A stretch of 64,000 bases of DNA from Alphaproteobacteria bacterium (lineage in GTDB: Bacteria > Pseudomonadota > Alphaproteobacteria > SHVP01). Location: NCBI GenBank assembly GCA_016869765.1, contig VGES01000011.1, positions 11,401 to 75,400 of the forward strand, read 5' to 3'. The position numbers were made by a program, and so were the translations under genes. Shown piece by piece: positions 12,549 through 22,101 of this stretch. The notes below the pieces were generated by a model. The model did not search any database. It saw only the letters and a list, made by a program, of their open reading frames with translations, and was not told where the DNA came from. How positions within the stretch are numbered: the first letter of the stretch is position 1; every line of letters begins with the position of its first letter.

Positions 12549-13967
12549 CTAGCCTCCGTTTGCCCGCCGCGGTGCCGGCTGACCCAGCATCCGCAACGCC
12601 TCGACGATGGGCCCCATGCGGCTGCCGTAGGACCCTTTGATCATGACCACGTCACCCGGTCGCACGGCTTGTGCGACTTGCGCGATAAGCTCTGCGGCGT
12701 TCCCGGTGTAGCCGCCGAGCCGTGCCTGCGGTAATGCCTGTGCCAGAGCCCGCATGTTGGTACCGGCACAGAACACAAGGTCGACTTTGGCCGCCGCGAT
12801 CGGCTTCGCCAGATCGCGGTGAAACGTCGCGGCGTCGTCACCCATTTCGAGCATGTCACCGAGGACGGCGATGCGACGCGCACCTCGAACGATCGGACTC
12901 TCGCCCAAGGTGGCGATGGCCGCCTGCATCGAGGCAGGATTGGCGTTGTAGCTTTCGTCGATGACGGTGAACGAACCCGCTGGAAGATTCACGGTGTGCC
13001 GGTTGCCACGGCCGGTCGGCGGCGACAGCACGCCAAGGGCGAGGCCTGCGAGGCCGAGGTCGCCGCCCAACGCCTTGACCGCAGCTAGCACGGCCAGGCT
13101 GTTGCGCACCCAATGCCGCCCGGGGATCCCGACCTTGTAGGTCATCGGCTGACCGTCGATGTCGGCCGAGATGCAGGTGCAATCCGGGTGGAAAACCGCC
13201 TTGATGAGGCGCGCGTCCGCACGCTCGGTTTCGCCAAAACTCACGATGCGAGCAGCGCCACACGCGTTGGCCCGCTCCGACAGGAGATCGAAGTACATGT
13301 TGTCGCGGTTGAGGACGGCGATGCCGCCGGATTCGAGGCCTGCGAAAATCTCGGCCTTCGCCAGCGCGATCTCACGCGCCGAGGAGAAGAACTCGAGATG
13401 TACGGCCTCGACCGTCGTGACGATTGCGACGTGCGGACGAACCAGCCGGGACAACGGCGTGATCTCACCCGCATGATTCATGCCGATCTCGAACGCGGCA
13501 AAAGCAGACTCGCGGGGCATGCGCGCCAAACTGAGCGGCACGCCCCAGTGATTGTTGAAGCTGCCGATGCTGCTGTGCGTCGGCTTGTGACGGCCCAACG
13601 CCGCGGCCAGCGCTTCCTTGGTGCTGGTCTTGCCGACGCTGCCGGTCACCGCGACCACGCGTGCGGAGGAGCGCCGGCGCGATTCTCGGCCGAGCGAGGC
13701 CAGCGCTGCCAGCGTATCCGGGACCGCGACCTGGGGCGCGAGGTCAGTGCGTCCCGGCTCCACGATTGCCGCCACGGCGCCCCTGGCGAAGGCGTCGGCG
13801 GTGAAGCGATGACCATCGTGGTTGGGACCCCGGATCGCGACGAACAGATCGCCGGCTCGCGTCGTACGACTGTCGATCGATACGCCTGCAGCGGCCCAAT
13901 CCCGGTCGCCTTTGGACGCACCGCCGGTCGCCGTCAGGACCTCGGCGCATTGCCACAACGCGGTCAT
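12549..13967 (-). CDS. murF: UDP-MurNAc-tripeptide--D-Ala-D-Ala ligase
   Basis: [46 protein letters not shown]. Confidence 0.97.
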   Translation of the reverse strand: MTALWQCAEVLTATGGASKGDRDWAAAGVSIDSRTTRAGDLFVAIRGPNHDGHRFTADAFARGAVAAIVEPGRTDLAPQVAVPDTLAALASLGRESRRRSSARVVAVTGSVGKTSTKEALAAALGRHKPTHSSIGSFNNHWGVPLSLARMPRESAFAAFEIGMNHAGEITPLSRLVRPHVAIVTTVEAVHLEFFSSAREIALAKAEIFAGLESGGIAVLNRDNMYFDLLSERANACGAARIVSFGETERADARLIKAVFHPDCTCISADIDGQPMTYKVGIPGRHWVRNSLAVLAAVKALGGDLGLAGLALGVLSPPTGRGNRHTVNLPAGSFTVIDESYNANPASMQAAIATLGESPIVRGARRIAVLGDMLEMGDDAATFHRDLAKPIAAAKVDLVFCAGTNMRALAQALPQARLGGYTGNAAELIAQVAQAVRPGDVVMIKGSYGSRMGPIVEALRMLGQPAPRRANGG

Positions 13968-15421
13968 GCGTCACCACGTGGGCGGCGTCGGCACAGCGCC
14001 GACGCGACGACCTTGACGTCATCGAACGGTCGTACCTCGGTGCCGACGATCTGTCCGCTCTCGTGTCCCTTACCGGCGACGACCAGCACGTCACCCGCCT
14101 CGAGCAGAGCAACGGCGCGTTCGATCGCATCGCGGCGGTCGCCGATTTCTTGAGCGCCTGGACAACCGCTCAGGATCTCGCTCCGGATCGCTGCAGGGTG
14201 TTCGGTCCGTGGATTGTCGTCGGTGACCAGCACGATGTCGGCGAACGCCCCGGCGATGCGCCCCATCTCCCTGCGCTTGCCGCGATCGCGATCGCCGCCA
14301 CAGCCAAAGACCACTAGCAATCGACCTTTGGCGTGCGACCGCAATGCGCGCAATACCGCCGCCAAGGCATCGGGGGTGTGGGCATAGTCGACGAAGACCC
14401 GCGCGCGATTGGGCAGTTCGCCCGCCAACTGGAGGCGACCCGGAACGCCGCGCACATGACCCAGGGCCTCCAGAACCTTGGGCCACGGCGTACCGGTCGC
14501 ATGCGTGAGCAAGCCGGCCGCAACGGCATTCGCCACTTGGAACGACCCGAAGAGCGGCAACAGGACGCGCTCGGTCCGGCCGCCGTACGTCAATCGGAAC
14601 GTCTGTCCGCGCGTATCGCTCGCAAACTCGCCGATCCGGATATCAGCATCGTCTGCGGTTCCGTAGGTGAGCACGGCGATCCCACGGCTCTCACAGGCGG
14701 CACGCAATGCCGGCAGCCAGGATGAATCCGCGTTGAGCACCGCCGTCCCATCACGGCGCAACACCTCCGAGAACAGGCGCAGCTTGGCCGCGAAGTAGTC
14801 ACGCTCGGTGGCGTGGTAGTCCATGTGGTCGCGACCGAGATTCGTGAAGGCCGCGGCCCGGATCTCGACTCCGTCGAGCCGGTATTGCGCCAAGCCGTGG
14901 CTCGAGGCCTCGATCGCGACGTGATCACAATCGGCATCGACGAGACGCCGCAGCGATTCATGAAGGCTGATCGGATCAGGCGTCGTCAGGGACCCCGACA
15001 ATTGGCCCTCCGGCCCCTCGATCCCGAGAGTTCCGATGCTGCCAGCGCGTTTTCCGCACGCGGTCCAGATTTGCGCTGCGAATCGCGCGGTCGAGGTCTT
15101 GCCGTTGGTACCGGTAACGGCGACGGTCGTTCGCGGCTGTTGGCCGAAGAAGCGCGCGGCCATGAGCGCGAGACGGCGACGCGGATTGCTGTCGGTGATG
15201 ACATAGGCTCCCGAATCCGTCGCAACGGCGCCGGGTTCGGCGAGCACCGCGACCGCCCCCTGGGCGATCGCCGAATCGACGAAACTGGCGCCGTTGGCAC
15301 GCGCGCCGGGAAGCGCCGCGAACAGAAAACCAGGCCCGACCAGCCGCGAGTCGCTCGCCAAACCACGGATCTCGATCGCCGTGGCGTGGTGGTTCGTGCC
15401 GATGAGGTCGGAAAGCCGCAT
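13964..15421 (-). CDS. murE: UDP-MurNAc-dipeptide--meso-diaminopimelate ligase
   Basis: TGTNGKTS, LTTPD, EASSHGL, DYAHTPDAL, GCGGDRD, DNPR (meso-DAP specificity motif), GKGHE. Confidence 0.98.
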   Translation of the reverse strand: MRLSDLIGTNHHATAIEIRGLASDSRLVGPGFLFAALPGARANGASFVDSAIAQGAVAVLAEPGAVATDSGAYVITDSNPRRRLALMAARFFGQQPRTTVAVTGTNGKTSTARFAAQIWTACGKRAGSIGTLGIEGPEGQLSGSLTTPDPISLHESLRRLVDADCDHVAIEASSHGLAQYRLDGVEIRAAAFTNLGRDHMDYHATERDYFAAKLRLFSEVLRRDGTAVLNADSSWLPALRAACESRGIAVLTYGTADDADIRIGEFASDTRGQTFRLTYGGRTERVLLPLFGSFQVANAVAAGLLTHATGTPWPKVLEALGHVRGVPGRLQLAGELPNRARVFVDYAHTPDALAAVLRALRSHAKGRLLVVFGCGGDRDRGKRREMGRIAGAFADIVLVTDDNPRTEHPAAIRSEILSGCPGAQEIGDRRDAIERAVALLEAGDVLVVAGKGHESGQIVGTEVRPFDDVKVVASALCRRRPRGDA

Positions 15422-17133
15422 CAGTTCCGCCCCCGCCGAGCCGAAACCGTCATCGAGCGCTGGACCTCGTCCGATTTCTCGTTGACCGGATCGACGGCCA
15501 GTACCGGAGCGATGCGCGCGATCACGCGACCCGTTACCGGGGCGGCGGTCCAGCCACCGGTCGCGAAGTTGTGGGTTTCCTTGATGCCCTTCGGTTCATC
15601 GAGGATGGCGATGACGACGTAGCGCGGATCGGTCATCGGGAAGGACGACACGAACGAGGATAGCAATGCATTTCGCTTGTAGACGCCGTTCACCGCTTTC
15701 TCGGCAGTGCCCGTCTTGCCCCCGACCAACCAGCCATTCGCGGCGCCGCGGCTACCGGTTCCCTTTTCGACCACGAGGCGCATGAGGCGACGGAGCTTCT
15801 CCGAGGTCTCCGACGACAGAACCCGCTCGGCCGGCGGGTCTACGGCAGGATTGCGCTTGCGCAACGTCGGGGAGACCATGAGACCGCCGTTGACCAGCGG
15901 TGAAAACGCGGCCGCGATCTGAACCGGACTCACGGCGATGCCGTGGCCGAAGCCCACCGTCATCGTGTTGATGTCACGCCAAGGCTGCGGCCACATCGGC
16001 TGACCGACCTCGGGCACCTCGAGCGGGGCCTTGGACAGAAACCCGAGGCGACGTAGGAAGTCGCGCTGCCGAGTTCCGCCCACCTCGAGCGCCATCTTGG
16101 CGGCCCCGATGTTGGACGAATACATGAAGATTTCGGGCACGCTCAGCCAGCGGTTCTTGGCGTGGTCGTCCTTGATGGTGTAGCGCGAGACCTTGATCGG
16201 CTCGGAGGCGTCGAACACCCGATCGAGGTCGGCGGTGCGGTACTCGAGCGCCGCAGCGACGGTGAACGCCTTGAACGTCGAGCCCATTTCGTAGACGCCG
16301 AGGGTCGCGCGGTTGAACAATTGGTCCGCCGTCGCCTCGTTTATCTGATTGGGATCGAAGTCGGGCAGCGACACCACGGCCAACAACTCGCCGGATTGAA
16401 CGTCCATGACGACCCCGGCCGCGCCGATTGCACGATGCAGCACCATCGCGGCCTGCAGCTCTTCCCACAACGCGTGCTGGACGCGGACGTCGATCGAGAG
16501 CTGTACCGGCTTGCCAGCTCCTTCCATCAACGTTTCGTCGAAGCCCTTTTCGATGCCGGACAAGCCGTGATTGTCGACGCCGGTGTACCCCAGCACGTGC
16601 GCCGCCAGGCGCCCCTGAGGGTAGATACGGCGCGGCTCGTCCATGAACCCGACGCCGGGAAGTCCGAGGCGATTGACGGCATCCTGCTCGCGGGGCGTGA
16701 GGTTTCGCTTGATCCAGACGAAACCGCGGTCCGACGCGAGTTTCGTCTGCAAATCCGCCAGATCGATCTCGGGCAATACGCGGGCGATCGCCGCGGCCGA
16801 GGCATGCGGGTCGAGGACCTTCCGCGGATGGGCATAGAGCGAGGCCGTCTTCAGATTGGTCGCGAGCAGGAGTCCGTTGCGATCGACGATGTCGCCGCGC
16901 GCCAGCGGCGCCACCCGCACAGCCGGCGCGACGGCGATCGGTTCGCCCGCCCGCAACAGGGTCAGGTCGACCAACCGTGCTCCGAGTACGACGAAGCACA
17001 GGCCGAACGCCGCGGCGACCGCAATCAGGCGGACGCGGCCGGTGTCGAGGGCCTGTTTTGCGATGCCATCGATCCGAATGCGTTCGCGTGGCCCGGCAAG
17101 GCGATCGTAGGTATGGCTCGTGGCCGCGCTCAC
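15421..17133 (-). CDS. ftsI: Division transpeptidase PBP3/FtsI
   Basis: Likely GTG start at 17133 overlapping the ftsL stop; RGDIVDRNG, SxxK (GSTFK), SxN (SSN), KTG (KTGTA). Confidence 0.96.
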   Translation of the reverse strand: MSAATSHTYDRLAGPRERIRIDGIAKQALDTGRVRLIAVAAAFGLCFVVLGARLVDLTLLRAGEPIAVAPAVRVAPLARGDIVDRNGLLLATNLKTASLYAHPRKVLDPHASAAAIARVLPEIDLADLQTKLASDRGFVWIKRNLTPREQDAVNRLGLPGVGFMDEPRRIYPQGRLAAHVLGYTGVDNHGLSGIEKGFDETLMEGAGKPVQLSIDVRVQHALWEELQAAMVLHRAIGAAGVVMDVQSGELLAVVSLPDFDPNQINEATADQLFNRATLGVYEMGSTFKAFTVAAALEYRTADLDRVFDASEPIKVSRYTIKDDHAKNRWLSVPEIFMYSSNIGAAKMALEVGGTRQRDFLRRLGFLSKAPLEVPEVGQPMWPQPWRDINTMTVGFGHGIAVSPVQIAAAFSPLVNGGLMVSPTLRKRNPAVDPPAERVLSSETSEKLRRLMRLVVEKGTGSRGAANGWLVGGKTGTAEKAVNGVYKRNALLSSFVSSFPMTDPRYVVIAILDEPKGIKETHNFATGGWTAAPVTGRVIARIAPVLAVDPVNEKSDEVQRSMTVSARRGRN

Positions 17134-17429
17134 GGCGTGCCCCCGCGTTCGGCTGGCCGTTTCGGAATCTGCTCGATCGAGCGGATCTGCTGCGGCGTGA
17201 TGACGGCAAGCGTCAGGTGCCGGTCGGCAAGCGAACGCAAGCGGTCGGGACGGTTTAAGAACGACCACTCGGCCCGGAGTACGCGAAGCGACTCCTCCTC
17301 GGCCGCGATGTCGGTTCGAACCTTGCCCAGCTGTTCCTCGAGCTGCGTCACCTCGTACTTGAGCTGAAAAAGACCGAACGACATCACCGCGAGAATCACG
17401 ACTCCGATGATGACGAGCGGCCTCAGCAT
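17130..17429 (-). CDS. ftsL: Cell division protein FtsL-like
   Basis: Short TM plus coiled coil, LRAEWSFLNRPDRL; lies between rsmH and ftsI. Confidence 0.88.
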   Translation of the reverse strand: MLRPLVIIGVVILAVMSFGLFQLKYEVTQLEEQLGKVRTDIAAEEESLRVLRAEWSFLNRPDRLRSLADRHLTLAVITPQQIRSIEQIPKRPAERGGTP

Positions 17430-18412
17430 GGTTCACCGCTCGGCCAAGGTGGCGCCCCCGTTCGCACCGCTGCGCGCAACCGCGCCGAACGTGCTCGCGG
17501 GTTCTCAGCGGTCTCCGCCGCAGTGGGCTTGATCGCGCCCTTCGTCAGAAGATCGAACGTCGGCGCCGGCGCGTCCGTCGCGTCGGGCACGTGGCGGTTG
17601 GGGCGCGCGGCGCGCCCCGAACGGGTCGTGAGAAACTGCTTCACCTCGCGATCTTCGAGGGAATGAAAGCTGACGACGGCCAATCGACCGCCCGGCCGCA
17701 GCAGCCGCTCGGCCGCCCACAACCCGCGTTGCAATTCTCCACCCGGCCCGACCTCGCGATTGAGATGAATGCGAATCGCCTGGAACGTCCGGGTCGCGGG
17801 ATGAATGGTCTCGCGACCCTGCCCAGCGCGGCGTACGGCGGCACTGACGATCGATGCCAGTTGCAGCGTGCGCGTGATCGGTGCTTCGGCACGGGCGCGT
17901 ACGATCGCCCGTGCGATGCCGCGCGCCGCTCGCTCTTCGCCGAAGCGATAGATGATGTCGGCGAGTTCGGCCTCGGTCGCCTGATTGACGACGTCGGCCG
18001 CGGTCGGCCCCGAGCGACTCATGCGCATGTCGAGAGGACCGTCGACTTGGAACGAAAATCCGCGCGCCGGGTTGTCGAGTTGAAACGACGACACGCCGAG
18101 GTCGAACGTCACTCCGTCCACGGCCTCGATGTCGTACGCAGCGAGAAGCGCAACCATGTCGGAGAAGTCGCCTTGGATGAGGCCGAACCGCGAACCGTAG
18201 CGGCGGCGCATCGCCTCGCCGCGCGCGATCGCCTCGGGATCGCGATCGATGCCCCACACCGCGCAATCCGCCGCGTCGAGCAGGGCGCGGGAATACCCAC
18301 CGACCCCGAAGGTGCCGTCGACGTAGGTCTTGGCGGCGGCCGGCGCCAGGAATGCGCAGACCTCGGCCGCGAGGACCGGGCGATGAATCAGGTTGCAGGC
18401 GGGATCGGTCAC
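17423..18412 (-). CDS. rsmH: 16S rRNA m4C1402 methyltransferase
   Basis: HRPVL, DGTFGVGGYS, DLGVSSFQLD, GPLDMRM, HPATRTFQAIRI, SFHSLEDR, NPRARSARLR. Confidence 0.98.
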   Translation of the reverse strand: MTDPACNLIHRPVLAAEVCAFLAPAAAKTYVDGTFGVGGYSRALLDAADCAVWGIDRDPEAIARGEAMRRRYGSRFGLIQGDFSDMVALLAAYDIEAVDGVTFDLGVSSFQLDNPARGFSFQVDGPLDMRMSRSGPTAADVVNQATEAELADIIYRFGEERAARGIARAIVRARAEAPITRTLQLASIVSAAVRRAGQGRETIHPATRTFQAIRIHLNREVGPGGELQRGLWAAERLLRPGGRLAVVSFHSLEDREVKQFLTTRSGRAARPNRHVPDATDAPAPTFDLLTKGAIKPTAAETAENPRARSARLRAAVRTGAPPWPSGEPC

Positions 18413-18876
18413 GAACGTGGCTCCTCACGCCGCTGCAGGAACGCCCCGCGCTCGCGGCGCGCGCGCTCCGTCGCTTCGCGTTCGTACGCTCGATAGGCCT
18501 CGGGTTCCCAGATCTGGAAGGTGCGACCTTGGCCGACGAATGCCGCCGTTTCGCCCAGTTTCGCGTGCGCGATCAGTGCTTCCGGCAGCACGATGCGCCC
18601 TTCGCTGTCGAAGGGCAGCTGATGCGAGCGACCGAAAATCGCCTTGGCGAAGTCGTCGTGCGCTTCGGAGAACGGGTTGAGTTGGTCGGTTCCTTCGGCG
18701 AGGCGCTCGAAGCGGTCGATGCCGCTGCCTTCGACCGCCGGGACGGTCAGCGAGGGCAGCGCGACGACGCCGGAAAAAGTCTGCCCGACGAGCGCCGTGC
18801 GAAACGACGCTGGCACCGAAACGCGGCCTTTCTTGTCGACCTTGTTCACGAAGGTAGACAGGAAGAGCGCCACCAC
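18409..18876 (-). CDS. mraZ: Division/cell wall cluster transcriptional repressor MraZ
   Basis: Two SpoVT-AbrB repeats (DKKGRVSVPASFR, DSEGRIVLP), FQIWEP; first gene of the dcw cluster. Confidence 0.96.
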   Translation of the reverse strand: MVALFLSTFVNKVDKKGRVSVPASFRTALVGQTFSGVVALPSLTVPAVEGSGIDRFERLAEGTDQLNPFSEAHDDFAKAIFGRSHQLPFDSEGRIVLPEALIAHAKLGETAAFVGQGRTFQIWEPEAYRAYEREATERARRERGAFLQRREEPRS

Positions 18877-18946
18877 AACCTCCCAATGCCCAGGCCCAAA
18901 CGCCCCTGCCGACGCCGACGCGATTCCCCTCGCTCGGCCAGCGCCT

Positions 18947-18996
18947 TATGGGACAGTGTGGGATATCATGACACTTTATGGGCGTCAATGGAAAGT
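18947..18996. promoter_or_regulatory. Five 10-bp-phased TGG(G) repeats: putative MraZ operator overlapping the dcw promoter
   Basis: + strand TATGGGACAG TGTGGGATAT CATGACACTT TATGGGCGTC AATGGAAAGT; minus-strand -35-like TTGACG at 18988-18983. Confidence 0.75.
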
Positions 18997-19268
18997 CTAG
19001 GTTTTTCACTGGTTTGCGGGGTGTTCCTGGGGCCGGGTCTGCACCCTCGTCGCGGAAAAGGAACCGACCGGCGATTGGCGTGTGACTGGGCATTCGCTTA
19101 GCGGCCGACTGCGGCGCAAATATGTTCCCTGTCCGTTCAAATTGCGGCCAAAACCAATGCCCAGAAAAACAGCCGATGTTCCTGTTTTGTCCATTCTGCC
19201 ATGCGCGGTTGCACACGCGCGATGTCAGCGATGCGGGGTCGCAGGGCACGCATGCGAACGCAAGAAAA

Positions 19269-19653
19269 GCCAGATGGCCTATAAGCCGGGTTCTGTGCCG
19301 GCGGCAGAACCGCCGGTGATGACCATTCCTCTAGGGCGCCCGTTGCCGAGCGCCTCCAGCGACCGACCCGGACGACAGGCTAGAAAGCGAGCCCTGCCAC
19401 CTTGCGGCGGCGCGCCGTCCCTACTTGGTCTTGCTCCCGGTGGGGTTTGCCTTGCCACCGCCGTTACCGGCGGCGCGGTGCGCTCTTACCGCACCATTTC
19501 ACCCTTACCGCGGCGAACCGCGGCGGTTTGTTTTCTGTTGCACTGTCCCTGGGGTCGCCCCCGCCGGGCGTTACCCGGCACCGTGCTTTCGTGGAGCCCG
19601 GACTTTCCTCCCTCCGACCTCGCGGTCGAACGGCAGTCATCCGGCCATCTGGC
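19269..19653 (-). ncRNA. rnpB: RNase P RNA, bacterial type A
   Basis: Minus strand has GAGGAAAGTCCGGGCTCC, AGTGCAACAGAAAACAAACCGCC, GGTAAGGGTGAAATGGTGCGGTAAGAGCGCAC and ACAGAACCCGGCTTAT; P1 helix GCCAGATGGCC/GGCCATCTGGC defines the ends. Confidence 0.98.
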
Positions 19654-19676
19654 AACGCTAACTTAGGCTCGTGGCG

Positions 19677-20399
19677 CTAAGCGTCAAGGAACCGTCGCAG
19701 CCAGGCCTCGAGGCAGATCAGAGTCTCGGTGTCACAGCGACCGTCGATGCGACTCGGCCGGAAATGGCGTTGGAACGCCGTGACCACGGCACGTGTCTGC
19801 GATCCGTAGTGGCCGTCGACCTCGATGCCGTAACCGCCTTGTTGTAACTGGGCCTGGACGAAGGCGACGGCATCGTGATCACCCTCGTCCAGCGGTCGTT
19901 GATCGGTGGTCGTCTCGGAACGGTCGGGCCATAGGCCGATGCCGCGCACGGCCAGACGTTGCCAGTCGAATAGTTCGCCGGGGTCGATCTTGCGCTCCGG
20001 CGCCACGTCGGAATGGCCGAGCACACGGGCCGCAGAGATGTCGTGCCGCTTCATAACATCGAGAGCCAGACGCTCGAGCGCCCGCATCTGTGGCTCGGCG
20101 AAGGCGCGATAGCCGAACTCGTGCCCAGGGTTGGCGAGTTCGATCCCGATCGAGCAACTGTTGATGTCGGTTTCGCCGTGCCAACTCGCGACCCCGGCAT
20201 GCCACGCCCGCCGAGACTCCTCGATCAGAGCCACCACCCTGCCCTCCTCGTCGATCACGTAGTGGGCGCTGACCTTGGATCGTGGATCGCACAGTCGCTC
20301 GATCGCCGCCGAAGCCGACCGCATGCCGGTGTAGTGCAACACGATCATGTCTATCGCCAATCGACGCTCGTCGGAGTTGGGCGACGGTCGGCGGATCAT
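19677..20399 (-). CDS. N-acetylmuramoyl-L-alanine amidase (Amidase_2 plus PG-binding domain, AmpD/AmiD-like)
   Basis: Start re-set to MIRRPSPNSDER (ATG 20399); VLHYTGM, VSAHY, RAWHAG, SIGIEL, GHSDVAPERKIDPG, AFQRHFRP. Confidence 0.93.
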   Translation of the reverse strand: MIRRPSPNSDERRLAIDMIVLHYTGMRSASAAIERLCDPRSKVSAHYVIDEEGRVVALIEESRRAWHAGVASWHGETDINSCSIGIELANPGHEFGYRAFAEPQMRALERLALDVMKRHDISAARVLGHSDVAPERKIDPGELFDWQRLAVRGIGLWPDRSETTTDQRPLDEGDHDAVAFVQAQLQQGGYGIEVDGHYGSQTRAVVTAFQRHFRPSRIDGRCDTETLICLEAWLRRFLDA

Positions 20400-21277
20400 C
20401 GTGACGGGACCACCGTGGCGCGTCCGCGTTGGGCCGTGCGCATGATCAGGATCAGTACGCCGCCGCACGTCATCAGCCCGCCGAGGACGATCTGCAACGA
20501 CGGCTGGTCTCCGTAGATCGCGATGCCGGCCACGACCCCCAGCACCGGGGTCGCCAGCATCATCGGTGTCACCGTGCTGACCGGATAGCGTGACAGGAGA
20601 TGCGCATAGCCGGCTTGGCCGACGATTGCCGCCCCGACCCCCCCCCACAGCAGCCCGAGCGCCGGCCACAACGGCAGTTCCGCCAGCTTCATCGCTTGTC
20701 CGCTTTCGAGCATCCAGGACAGCAGGGCATGGAACGGCAGGCAAACGATACCGGTCCACGCCTGCATCTGTAGAGCCCCGATGCCCACGGCCCGGCGCAT
20801 CAAGAGCGTGGCCAGCGCCATCGGGACGGCGCTGAGCACGAGGGCGCCCAACGCCCAAAGTCGCTCGAACACCACCGGATCGAAGCCGAGCACGACGATA
20901 CCGGCAAAGGCGGTGGCAAGCGCCGTGCTACGACGCCAACCGATCCGTTCGCCCATGAAGGCAACGGCCAATACCGTGGCCATCGGGATGTAGAGCTGCG
21001 AGGTGATGGCGATCGAGGAGACGTCACCGGACAGCTCGATTCCGAGAAACTGCAGACCGAAGTGGACCCCGCCGACCAAGAACCCGACGGTGGCCGCGGC
21101 CGGGATCCGTCTGGCCGGCAGACGCACGAACGGCGCGAGCACGACAATGACCAGGGCGAAGCGCAACGCCAACGACAGATAGGGCCCGAAGTAGTCGACG
21201 GCGACCTTGGAGGCGAGGAAGTTGATCCCCCACGCCGTCGTCACCATCGCCGCCAGCAACAAATGGATCGGGGCCAC
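20396..21277 (-). CDS. EamA/DMT family transporter
   Basis: About 10 TM segments, WGINF, ALRF, GERIGWRR, duplicated EamA halves. Confidence 0.9.
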   Translation of the reverse strand: MAPIHLLLAAMVTTAWGINFLASKVAVDYFGPYLSLALRFALVIVVLAPFVRLPARRIPAAATVGFLVGGVHFGLQFLGIELSGDVSSIAITSQLYIPMATVLAVAFMGERIGWRRSTALATAFAGIVVLGFDPVVFERLWALGALVLSAVPMALATLLMRRAVGIGALQMQAWTGIVCLPFHALLSWMLESGQAMKLAELPLWPALGLLWGGVGAAIVGQAGYAHLLSRYPVSTVTPMMLATPVLGVVAGIAIYGDQPSLQIVLGGLMTCGGVLILIMRTAQRGRATVVPSR

Positions 21278-21283
21278 AGCGCG

Positions 21284-22015
21284 TCACTTCAAGCCGCGCT
21301 CGCGCGCGACCCGGTCATAGGCGTCGTTGATCGTGGCGAGCTTGCGGTTGGCGACATCGACGAACTCGCTCGGCACCCCTTCGGCCATCAGGCGGTCGGG
21401 ATGGTGTTCGCGGATCAGGCGCCGATAGGTCGCCTTGACATCGTCGTCGCTCGCCCCCCGAGCGACGCCGAGAATGCGGTACGGATCGGCGGCATCGGGC
21501 CCGACGTGGCCCTCGCGGATGCGGGCAAATTCCTCGTCGGTGAAGCCGAAGACTCGTGCGACCTGGGCAAGGTAGTCGATTTCGGCCTCATGGACCCGGT
21601 TGTCGGCCTTGGCGATATGAAACAGGCCGTCGAGCAGGTCCTCGAGAACCTCACGCTGTCCGGCAAACAGCTCGGCCAATTGCCGCGCATAGGCTTCGAA
21701 ACCGCGCACGTCCCGACGCGCGAGATCGAACACCCGTGCGACGTTCTTCATCTCGTCGGGTGGGACGTGGAACACCTCCTTGAAGGCGCGCACCTCCTCG
21801 GCCGTCACCACGCCGTCGGCTTTGGCCATCTTGGCGCCGAGCGCAATGACCCCGATGGTGAACGCGATCTGCTTGGTACCGTCCTGGGCTTCGTCGGCCG
21901 CCTGGTCGCGACGCTGATCGAACACGTGACCGGCGACCCCGCCCAGCAAAGCGCCGAGCGGCCCGGCCAACGCAAACCCGGCGACGCCGCCGACGATCTT
22001 GCCCCAAATGCTCAC
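21284..22015 (-). CDS. djlA: DjlA-like co-chaperone (TerB domain plus C-terminal J domain)
   Basis: SIWGKIVGG membrane anchor (likely GTG 22015), AKMAKADG, DPYRILGV, HPD motif. Confidence 0.85.
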   Translation of the reverse strand: MSIWGKIVGGVAGFALAGPLGALLGGVAGHVFDQRRDQAADEAQDGTKQIAFTIGVIALGAKMAKADGVVTAEEVRAFKEVFHVPPDEMKNVARVFDLARRDVRGFEAYARQLAELFAGQREVLEDLLDGLFHIAKADNRVHEAEIDYLAQVARVFGFTDEEFARIREGHVGPDAADPYRILGVARGASDDDVKATYRRLIREHHPDRLMAEGVPSEFVDVANRKLATINDAYDRVARERGLK

Positions 22016-22101
22016 GACACCCACACCACGACGAACCGGCGCACCCTAGCACGACAGCCGCAATTTCCTGTGCTACGAGACGGGTGGAGCCGCTTACCAC
22101 C

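Noticed and set aside
4525-17436. Apparent large N-terminal extensions on ddl, murC, ftsW, murD and ftsI in the ORF track
   Set aside because: Artefacts of open frames in high-GC DNA; true starts overlap upstream stops (ATGA/GTGA) and match family N-termini.
19082-19680. Several ORFs overlapping 19.1-19.7 kb
   Set aside because: They overlap the RNase P RNA gene and show no protein motifs.
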